The translations under genes were made by a program, and so were the position numbers. 64,000 bases of DNA from Minisyncoccota bacterium (GTDB lineage: Bacteria; Patescibacteriota; Minisyncoccia; Phycocordibacterales; UBA9973). The notes beneath the pieces were generated by a model, which was given only the letters and a program-made list of their open reading frames with translations, searched no databases and was not told where the DNA came from. This document shows, piece after piece, positions 57,445 to 64,000 of the stretch; the first letter of the stretch is position 1, and the number at the start of each line of letters is the position of its first letter. The stretch lies in NCBI GenBank assembly GCA_041664605.1, contig JBAYKO010000002.1, forward strand, positions 7,453 through 71,452. The letters run 5' to 3'.

Positions 57445-57515
57445 TGCGGGTAGGGAGAATCGGACTCCCGTCTCATCCTTGGCAAGGACGTGTTCTACCA
57501 CTAAACCATACCCGC
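57445..57515 (-). tRNA. tRNA-Gly (anticodon GCC)
   Basis: Hand-folded cloverleaf: acceptor GCGGGTA/TACCCGC, D arm GTTT-AGTGGTA-GAAC, anticodon stem CGTCC/GGATG with loop TTGCCAA, T arm GGGAG-TCCGATT-CTCCC, discriminator A. Confidence 0.85.
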
Positions 57516-57634
57516 ATTATTTAATTTTTAATAAAAAGTAATTTTAATATAACAAAAAAAAGAGTTTTTTTCAAATTTCCAATTTAAAAGCCCCCAATTG
57601 GGGGCTTTAAATTTCAGCTGAAATTTGCAGATTT

Positions 57635-57868
57635 TTAGTTCGAGCCGACAAAAATAGTTTTGCCAACCAACTCCGGTTCATCAGAGGTAATTGTGTGAAA
57701 AACAATCTTTGGTTTTTTATCAACAAAAACAGTCAATTCGCCGGGTTTTTGCAAAATCCCTTCAGTTTTTGATGCTTTTATAAGAGTTTTTGCAACTTCA
57801 ATTACCTTTGTTTCAAAAGCTTTGTTTATCTTCACAATACTCAATCCTTTCTTTTTTGTTTCTGGCAT
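57635..57868 (-). CDS. Hypothetical small protein (77 aa)
   Basis: ORF only. Confidence 0.35.
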   Translation of the reverse strand: MPETKKKGLSIVKINKAFETKVIEVAKTLIKASKTEGILQKPGELTVFVDKKPKIVFHTITSDEPELVGKTIFVGSN

Positions 57869-57931
57869 AAAATTTTAAATTAATAACTTATTTCCTTTTT
57901 TATAATATCAAATTATATAAAAATGTCAATA

Positions 57932-58663
57932 CTATCTCTCATTTCCAAATTCATCTGTCTGTTTTAGTCCTTTTTGTCTCCAATAGACTGATTTTATGGT
58001 CGCCTTTAGTGAGGGAATGGATTCTTTTAAATCATCGAGATAATAACCTTCTTTATTAACATAGGTTTTTTTAATAGGATCATAAGTAAAAATAGATTCT
58101 TGATAAGCAAACATACCAGCGCCATCAGGGTCAGTTGTCCTAATAGTTGTACCGAAATCAATAATAACAGGTTTACATTTATCATTTATTAAAACATTTC
58201 CGCTTCTTAAATCACGGTGAATAAACCCGGCTTTGTGCATTTTTTTTACTTCATTTTCTAAATCTTTAAAAAAGATATCTAATTCAAACCCTTCTGGAAG
58301 TTCTTTTTTACCACTTGATACATCCTCAATAGAAATACCTGATCTTTCCATAAAATAATACAATGCTCCTTTTTCATCTTTTAAAATAAGAATGGGTTCT
58401 GGGACAGAAACTCCTTTATTAAAAAGCTCCAATTGTGTATTAAACTCTTCTTCTAAATCATTACCTTTCATAAAAGGCACTTCTCGTATTTTTTTAAAAC
58501 AAATTCCAGATAATTGAGTATTTTCCAGTGCATTTACGGTGGCATTTCCACCATCACCAATAACTTCAAATTTATTAATAAAAAGCTCAAGATTATTAGT
58601 TACAATCTTTGACTTCTCGCTTTCTGGATTTCCTATTTTTAGAGTAATGTTATTTTTAACCAT
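57932..58663 (-). CDS. Minimal protein-kinase-like protein (243 aa)
   Basis: Gly-rich loop IGDGGNATV, catalytic loop HRDLRSGNVLIN and IIDFG (DFG) motif. Confidence 0.6.
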   Translation of the reverse strand: MVKNNITLKIGNPESEKSKIVTNNLELFINKFEVIGDGGNATVNALENTQLSGICFKKIREVPFMKGNDLEEEFNTQLELFNKGVSVPEPILILKDEKGALYYFMERSGISIEDVSSGKKELPEGFELDIFFKDLENEVKKMHKAGFIHRDLRSGNVLINDKCKPVIIDFGTTIRTTDPDGAGMFAYQESIFTYDPIKKTYVNKEGYYLDDLKESIPSLKATIKSVYWRQKGLKQTDEFGNER

Positions 58664-58666
58664 TTT

Positions 58667-58791
58667 ATTGTCGGGGGTGCCGAGAATCTCCCCTTACTGG
58701 GGCTGGTGATTTTCCCATCTACTATATGGAAAATCCTTTCAATTCTCGACGCAGGTGAAGCAGTTCACCTGCTTCACCCCTCACTTGCGTG
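58667..58791 (-). ncRNA. Conserved tRNA-trailer / 5'-UTR structured element ending in a copy of the tRNA-Pro 3' T-loop-to-acceptor segment
   Basis: ~85% identical to 60480-60593, with compensatory stem changes between the copies. It ends 6 nt before the kinase ATG with GATTCTCGGCACCCCCGAC, versus the tRNA 3' end GATTCTCGGCACCCCGA. Confidence 0.55.
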
Positions 58792-58862
58792 TCGGGGTGC
58801 CGAGAATCGAACTCGGGCCACATGATCCCAAATCATGGATACTACCGCTATACTACACCCCG
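58792..58862 (-). tRNA. tRNA-Pro (anticodon TGG)
   Basis: Acceptor CGGGGTG/CACCCCG, anticodon stem CATGA/TCATG with loop TTTGGGA, T arm CCGAG-TTCGATT-CTCGG. Confidence 0.85.
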
Positions 58863-59005
58863 GTATTTGTTTTTAATTAAAAAACTTTATATATATTATC
58901 ATATTTTTTCACAAAAACAATTTTTATTTTATGGATAAATTTAACTATTTGACAAAATAAATAAATGTGATAGTATAGTAATCAGAAAAAATAAAATTTG
59001 AAAAG

Positions 59006-59431
59006 ATGAAAAAAGTGTTTTATTTATTAGTTCTTATTGTGTTGATAGGTTGTTCCAATAAAGAAACTTTTTTGGAGAATGATTTTAAAGAAAATTCTTT
59101 TACACTTGAAGATGGGTCAAAAATTCAAATCCAAGTAAATCAAATAAACAAATATGAATTTTCTATTGAAGTAAAAAGTAGTGATACAAATTCTTTTATC
59201 GGTTTTGCCAAATCTAGTCCTATGGAAAGCACTAAACTCCAACCTTACATAGGTGATTTGGGTTTATATAAAGGACATTTTAAAGTTAATTTTGATCCAC
59301 AACCTGGACAATATTTAAATATCTATAAGATTGGAGTCGCAAAACACAATGAAAATCCAGGATATTTTATTGAACGAATAAAATATGTTTATTTCAGAAG
59401 TGAAACAGATTTTTGTATTCCAGAAAAATAA
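59006..59431 (+). CDS. Lipoprotein (141 aa)
   Basis: Signal peptide with lipobox LIGC. Confidence 0.5.
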   Translation: MKKVFYLLVLIVLIGCSNKETFLENDFKENSFTLEDGSKIQIQVNQINKYEFSIEVKSSDTNSFIGFAKSSPMESTKLQPYIGDLGLYKGHFKVNFDPQPGQYLNIYKIGVAKHNENPGYFIERIKYVYFRSETDFCIPEK

Positions 59432-59470
59432 AAATTCATTTAGAAAAGCCGGCTAAAACCGGCTTTTTGT

Positions 59471-59875
59471 TTACAAAATCACATTATCTAAAATTTTTAT
59501 TTTGGCTAAATTATTTTTAAGGTCAAGGTATACAGCAATCACTCCGAATTCCCATTCCCTATCGTCGGGGATATTTTTCTCCAGCAAATAAACTTGAATG
59601 GTAGTTGAAAGTCTTTTAATCTTCCATGGATGAACATTTTCTTCAGGTCTATAACCATCATTTGTTTCATGTGTAACACTTAAATTAGCCGAGTTTGTCT
59701 TAACCTCAAAGAAATATAGCTTATTTTTCTTTTCTCCAATAATATCAATTTCCCCACATTTCTTCGTATAATTCCTGTCTATTATTTTAAATCCTTGTTT
59801 TATTAGATATTTACAGGCCAATTTCTCGCCAATTTCCCCTATTTTTTGATTTTCTGAGGTAAAAACTTTTGGCAT
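59471..59875 (-). CDS. yraN: YraN/UPF0102-family endonuclease-like protein
   Basis: GEIGEKLACKYLIKQGFKIIDRNYTKKCGEIDII matches the UPF0102 signature. Confidence 0.65.
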   Translation of the reverse strand: MPKVFTSENQKIGEIGEKLACKYLIKQGFKIIDRNYTKKCGEIDIIGEKKNKLYFFEVKTNSANLSVTHETNDGYRPEENVHPWKIKRLSTTIQVYLLEKNIPDDREWEFGVIAVYLDLKNNLAKIKILDNVIL

Positions 59876-59892
59876 AAACGATTTGTTTCATA

Positions 59893-59944
59893 TGAAACAA
59901 TAAAAACTTACTTAAATGTGTTTCACGTGAAACGATTTTACTAT
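59893..59944. promoter_or_regulatory. Two perfect 14-bp palindromes GTTTCATATGAAAC and GTTTCACGTGAAAC, 24 bp apart, upstream of yraN
   Basis: GTTTCA-N2-TGAAAC dyads at 59893-59906 and 59931-59944; putative operator pair. Confidence 0.5.
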
Positions 59945-60180
59945 TTATTAGACAATTAATCTGTTTTAAAATACTTGTCTCTTAAAATACCATTATAAAA
60001 TAAGGATATTAGTTACAACACAGAAAAAATTTTAAGACAAAAATTGACTTGAAATCCCCAATAATTTGTGTCTTTTATGAACATATTCAACATAGTTATC
60101 CACAGTTTCCTTTAAAAAATCCTTAATTTAAAAGGATTTTTATAATTTATAAAAGACAGCAGTATTACAAAAAGACATAA

Positions 60181-60471
60181 TTACTTCAATCCTTTTAATT
60201 TTTCTTCCAATTTAACCATTTTAGCAGCCAATCTTCCTATCTTAGCTTTTTTCTTAAAAATTTCTTGATTTAATTCTTGTTTCTTTTCTTCATTATTTAT
60301 ATTACGTTCTCCATTTTCATATTTTCTTTGTTGTTCTAAAACAATGACTTCCTTCTCAAGTTTTTCTTTCTCTTCTTTTTTAACTTCTATTTCAACTTTA
60401 ATAGTCTCCTTTTCTGAGAAGTTATCTTCGTTATTTAAATTTGGTATTAAATTATTCTTGTTTATTTTCAT
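60181..60471 (-). CDS. Small charged coiled-coil protein (96 aa)
   Basis: K/E-rich ORF. Its ATG lies 9 nt downstream of the tRNA-Gly(TCC)-copy element. Confidence 0.45.
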   Translation of the reverse strand: MKINKNNLIPNLNNEDNFSEKETIKVEIEVKKEEKEKLEKEVIVLEQQRKYENGERNINNEEKKQELNQEIFKKKAKIGRLAAKMVKLEEKLKGLK

Positions 60472-60479
60472 AGGATATT

Positions 60480-60593
60480 GTCGGGATGGGAGAATCTCCC
60501 CTTACTGGGGCTGGTGATTTTCCCGTCTTCGACATGGAAAATCCTTTCGATTCTCCACGCAGATAAAGCAGTTTATCTGCTCATCTACGCTGG
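60480..60593 (-). ncRNA. Second copy of the conserved tRNA-trailer / 5'-UTR element, ending in a copy of the tRNA-Gly(TCC) 3' segment
   Basis: Shares AGAATCTCCCCTTACTGGGGCTGGTGATTTTCCC...ATGGAAAATCCTTTC.ATTCTC.ACGCAG with 58667-58791. Terminal GTCGGGATGGGAGAATC versus tRNA TGCGGGATGGGAGAATC. Confidence 0.55.
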
Positions 60594-60664
60594 TGCGGGA
60601 TGGGAGAATCGAACTCCCAACCTCAGTTTGGAAAACTGACGTTTTACCATTAAACTAATCCCGC
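60594..60664 (-). tRNA. tRNA-Gly (anticodon TCC)
   Basis: Acceptor GCGGGAT/ATCCCGC, D arm GTTT-AATGGTA-AAAC, anticodon stem TCAGT/ACTGA with loop TTTCCAA, T arm GGGAG-TTCGATT-CTCCC. Confidence 0.88.
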
Positions 60665-60770
60665 ATTGAATTTATTATTAAAATTCAAAAAGATTATAGC
60701 ATATTATTTTTATTTTTAAAATAAAATAACCTATTAATTTTCCCTTATTTTGTGTATAATTCGACTTAGG

Positions 60771-60842
60771 GCGCCCGTAGCTCAACGGATAGAGTACTTG
60801 TCTTCGGAACAAGTGATGTGGGTTCGATTCCTGCCGGGCGCA
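60771..60842 (+). tRNA. tRNA-Arg (anticodon TCG)
   Basis: Acceptor GCGCCCG/CGGGCGC, D arm GCTC-AACGGATA-GAGT, anticodon stem CTTGT/ACAAG with loop CTTCGGA, T loop TTCGATT. The T stem has two G-U pairs, so the fold is slightly weak. Preceded by TGTGTATAAT, an extended -10. Confidence 0.78.
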
Positions 60843-60998
60843 CAAAGAGAGAGAAAATATTAACTGCTTAATATTTTTGATGCTTTGTGCGAGACGGAAG
60901 TATGTTTTTTCAGCAGAAAAAACAACTGAGTCAGGGTCGGGAAATTTTAAGAGTGGCTGACGAGTAAAATATTCCTGACCACAAAGACAACAATAACC

Positions 60999-62504
60999 AT
61001 GAAACATCAATTTAAAATACCAGAAGAAGTTTCACGTGTAACAGAAACTTTAGAAAAAGCGGGATTTGAAGCCTATCTTGTTGGTGGGTGTGTTCGTGAT
61101 ATCTTATCGGACAAAGAGCCTAAAGACTGGGATGTGACCACAAATGCTACACCTGAGCAGATAATTGGTTTGTTTGAAAAGACTTATTACGAGAACTCTT
61201 TTGGAACAGTAGGAGTGGTTGTTTCATGTGAAACTAATATTGTTTCCTCTTCTATAACCTATAACCTAGAACCTAGAACCTGTATCATTGAGATAACTCC
61301 TTATAGATTAGAAGCAAAATATAGCGATAATAGACATCCAGACTCTGTTTCATTCAGTAATAAACTAGAAGATGATCTTAAGAGACGTGATTTTACTGTA
61401 AATGCCATAGCTTATAGTGTTTCTAAAGGACAGTTTATTGACCTTTATAACGGACAAAAGGACATAAAGGACAAAATAATCAGAACGGTAGGAAATCCAA
61501 AAGACAGGTTCCAAGAAGACGCACTTAGGCTTTTAAGAGCCGTTAGGTTTTTCGCTCAGCTTGGTTTCGTGATAGAAAAAGAAACAGGGGATGCGATCTT
61601 AGAAAATGCCCATCTTTTAAAAAATATTTCCAAAGAAAGAATCCGTGATGAATTTATAAAAATAATAATGTCGGAAGATCCAATGAAGGGAATTATCATG
61701 GCAGAAAAATTTGGAATTTTAAAATACATAATTCCAGAACTTGAAATTATGATTGGAGTAAAACAAAACGGTGATCACATTTATGATGTTTGGGAACACA
61801 GTCTTCGTGCCCTGCAACATGGAGCTGATAGAAATTTTTCTTTGGAAGTTAGATTGGCGGCACTGCTTCATGATATTGGAAAACCAAAAACTCGTTTTTG
61901 GTCAAAAGAAAAAAATGATTACACATTTTATGGTCATGATGTTGTTAGTGAAAGAATCACAAAAAAAATTCTTGATGATTTAAAATTTCCCAAAAAAACA
62001 ATTGAAACTGTCTCAAAACTCGTTAGAAATCATATGTTTTTTTCAGATATTGAAAAAATTACGCTTTCAGCAGTGAGAAGAATTGTAAGGAATGTTGGTG
62101 CAGATAATGTTTGGGATTTGATGAAAGTAAGAGCCTGTGATCGTATTGGAATGGGAAAGCCAAAAGAAGCTCCTTATCGTTTACGCAAATATGAATCAAT
62201 GATTGAAGAAGCAATGCGTTCTCCTGTATCTGTTGGAATGTTAAAAATTGATGGGTTAAAAATTATGAAAATCACAAATGAAAAACCAGGGAAAAAAATT
62301 GGCTATCTTTTGCATGCACTTCTTGAAGAAGTTTTTGATCATCCAGAATTAAACACTGAAGAATTTTTAGAAAATAGAGCGGTGGAATTAATAAAACTTT
62401 CTGAAAAAGAATTGCACGATCTCGGTGAAAAAGGGAAGGAGAAAAAAGATATTGAAGAAGAAAAAGAACTCGAAATAATCCGCAAGAGACACGGGGTGAG
62501 ATAA
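60999..62504 (+). CDS. cca: CCA-adding enzyme / poly(A) polymerase family with HD domain
   Basis: GGCVRDIL...DWDVTT head motif, RRDFTVNA and HD domain HDIGK. Contains an in-frame heptad insertion (61253-61283, SITYNLEPRTC). Confidence 0.88.
   Translation: MKHQFKIPEEVSRVTETLEKAGFEAYLVGGCVRDILSDKEPKDWDVTTNATPEQIIGLFEKTYYENSFGTVGVVVSCETNIVSSSITYNLEPRTCIIEITPYRLEAKYSDNRHPDSVSFSNKLEDDLKRRDFTVNAIAYSVSKGQFIDLYNGQKDIKDKIIRTVGNPKDRFQEDALRLLRAVRFFAQLGFVIEKETGDAILENAHLLKNISKERIRDEFIKIIMSEDPMKGIIMAEKFGILKYIIPELEIMIGVKQNGDHIYDVWEHSLRALQHGADRNFSLEVRLAALLHDIGKPKTRFWSKEKNDYTFYGHDVVSERITKKILDDLKFPKKTIETVSKLVRNHMFFSDIEKITLSAVRRIVRNVGADNVWDLMKVRACDRIGMGKPKEAPYRLRKYESMIEEAMRSPVSVGMLKIDGLKIMKITNEKPGKKIGYLLHALLEEVFDHPELNTEEFLENRAVELIKLSEKELHDLGEKGKEKKDIEEEKELEIIRKRHGVR
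61253..61283 (+). repeat. CTATAAC/CTAGAAC heptad array inserted in-frame inside cca
   Basis: CTATAACCTATAACCTAGAACCTAGAACCTG is translated as ITYNLEPRT within the head domain. Confidence 0.7.
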
Positions 62505-62547
62505 AGAAAAACCGGTCAATTGACCGGTTTTTTTAAAAAAGCTTTTC

Positions 62548-63261
62548 TTACCCTAAAATCTTAATGCCAAGTAAATGACAATTTTCCTCTCTGGGACCAA
62601 AAACATAATAATGAACCCCAAGGCCACGCTGACCTGGTTTCCTTTTTGAATCACAGTTGTATAAACACAGACAAATTGAATTTGAATAAAGCATTTTGGA
62701 AATTGTTCCAAGAGCCATAATTGGAAATTTTCTTTGAACTTCAGAATGGGTTGCCCCAAAAGCCAAAAGTTCAAATGCAGTAGCTGGGTGGAAACCCTTA
62801 GATTCCATGTTCTTTGTTTCTTCATCAACCTTACCCTTAAAAGGTAAAACTTTAGCAGCGACCTTGACGATTTTATTAGTATTTTCAGTTTTTTTGAATG
62901 AAAAATTATTTATGTCATCATTTTGCCAGTCATAATTTCCCTGAGAAATCATTTCCTTGATATTTTTTGAGTAATCAACATCAAAATAATAGGTTTCAGC
63001 TTCAGAACTTAAGAGGTAGCCGAGTTTTTCTTGAAGTTTGGCTGCATCTTCTTCTAATTTTTTTATTCGTTCTTTTGTTTTTTCTATTGTTTTTTGTTCT
63101 TGCTTGATCTTAATATTTCGATCAATCAGAGAGAGAATAAATCCAAGAAGAATTATCACTGACCCCCAGTGATCAAGGGTAAATTTTTCATTCAACAATT
63201 CGAGAACGATTCCTAAGATTACCAGGAAAGCTGCAATGTAAATCAAAATTTGCTTTTTCAC
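62548..63261 (-). CDS. Hypothetical N-terminally anchored coiled-coil protein (237 aa)
   Basis: TM helix, then charged helix; shares a bidirectional terminator with cca at 62503-62528. Confidence 0.45.
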   Translation of the reverse strand: MKKQILIYIAAFLVILGIVLELLNEKFTLDHWGSVIILLGFILSLIDRNIKIKQEQKTIEKTKERIKKLEEDAAKLQEKLGYLLSSEAETYYFDVDYSKNIKEMISQGNYDWQNDDINNFSFKKTENTNKIVKVAAKVLPFKGKVDEETKNMESKGFHPATAFELLAFGATHSEVQRKFPIMALGTISKMLYSNSICLCLYNCDSKRKPGQRGLGVHYYVFGPREENCHLLGIKILG

Positions 63262-63278
63262 TTTTTTGTCGTCAGTGA

Positions 63279-63833
63279 TTATAGTGCTGACTCCGCACTT
63301 TTATTTTGTTTATTTATTTTTTTACAGAAAACAAAGATTTGTTGGTTCCCATGCCAGAAAATGCGTCCTCCACAATCATCACTTCCACCAAGATAAAGAA
63401 TATTATTAATGTTATAAACTAAATAGTGATAGAAAAAGATTAGAGAGCCATCTGTGGGCTTAATTGGAATATGGAGCTTCTCACCCTCTGGCTGATCTTG
63501 GTATTGTAATCGTAATTGGGGGCCAGCTTCATATGGACAATAATCTAAGTCTAACGCTTCAGCTCTATCACAAATATCCGGATAGATGGCACCATCTCTA
63601 AATCCGAGATCTGCTACAGTTACTTTAATTAATTGAATTTCCACAGGAGTTTCAATAAGTAAAGTTTTTCTTAGGTGGCAATCATAAGGTTGATCATTTC
63701 CTTTACAAAGAAAAAGAAGATAATCACCATAGGTTCCAATTTTAATATTGTTTGTTTTAAATGTTTTATTTAATACATTTAGATCTTGTGGAATAACATC
63801 AATTGTTTTCCAAGTTTCAAAATTTGTTTTCAT
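63279..63833 (-). CDS. Hypothetical protein (184 aa)
   Basis: ORF only. Confidence 0.4.
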   Translation of the reverse strand: MKTNFETWKTIDVIPQDLNVLNKTFKTNNIKIGTYGDYLLFLCKGNDQPYDCHLRKTLLIETPVEIQLIKVTVADLGFRDGAIYPDICDRAEALDLDYCPYEAGPQLRLQYQDQPEGEKLHIPIKPTDGSLIFFYHYLVYNINNILYLGGSDDCGGRIFWHGNQQIFVFCKKINKQNKSAESAL

Positions 63834-64000
63834 TTTTTATAAATTTAATTGGTTAGTCGGGGATTCTAGAATTTCCCCGTGCAACCAATCAAATTATTTT
63901 TCAAATAACTTTAATTTCTGATCAAAGTATAGCAAAATATTTTATAATTGTCAAGTTGTTCCGACAAATTAAATCTAGATTTTTATAAAATAAGATTAAA

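Noticed and set aside
57305-58862. Prophage or genomic island integrated at tRNA-Pro / tRNA-Gly
   Set aside because: No integrase gene is present, and the interval between each tRNA and its 3'-end copy is only ~115-135 nt. A reduced integrative footprint remains one possible origin of the element but not a current island.
60678-61010. 110-aa minus-strand ORF
   Set aside because: It overlaps tRNA-Arg(TCG) and the cca promoter region; the tRNA fold is far better supported.
1-64000. rRNA genes, tmRNA, RNase P RNA, SRP RNA
   Set aside because: No conserved signature sequences were recognised by eye. Their absence cannot be proven without covariance-model searches.

Overview
This is a low-GC, AT-rich bacterial window. 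The gene content and style look like a Candidate Phyla Radiation (Patescibacteria-type) genome, but that is inference. Supporting signs are lysine-rich extensions on r-proteins S5, S10, L22, L23, S19 and S12, the absence of L30, a type-Z S14, many small hypothetical genes, and mostly Shine-Dalgarno-less start codons.

From about 1 to 22.5 kb the minus strand carries the universal spc/S10/str ribosomal super-operon, in the order secY, L15, S5, L18, L6, S8, S14, L5, L24, L14, S17, L29, L16, S3, L22, S19, L2, L23, L4, L3, S10, tuf, fusA, S7, S12. It is interrupted at four places by small non-ribosomal genes, and each inserted gene has its own promoter and intrinsic terminator.

The rest of the window holds housekeeping genes: an M50 protease, rpmB, a split comEC, rnhA with a C-terminal hybrid-binding domain, recJ, HIT, pgk, tpiA, nusA, a trigger factor lacking the PPIase domain, clpP, rny, HU, a ZIP transporter, yraN and cca. 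There are four tRNAs (Gly-GCC, Pro-TGG, Gly-TCC, Arg-TCG). A 9.4-kb accessory cluster (32.6-42.0 kb) encodes six secreted Cys/Gly-rich paralogous surface proteins. There are also a wHTH-Cas2-like gene bracketed by inverted 40-bp sites and a GIY-YIG gene bracketed by perfect 14-bp inverted repeats.

Several repeat classes are dispersed through the window. One is a (CTAGAAC)n heptad array placed directly 5' of start codons and once in-frame inside cca. Another is an ACTTTATAACTTTCTACTTT motif in intergenic spacers. There are duplicated consensus sigma70 promoter modules, and a family of long hairpins with about 65-bp loops and CCCGCAC/CCCCACACC-type GC-rich arms.

The most unusual feature is a conserved, apparently structured element of about 105 nt. 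It sits immediately 3' of tRNA-Pro and tRNA-Gly(TCC) and ends in a copy of the cognate tRNA T-loop/acceptor 3' segment just 6-9 nt before the next gene's ATG. A related acceptor minihelix follows tRNA-Gly(GCC).

No CRISPR array, rRNA or obvious prophage was found.
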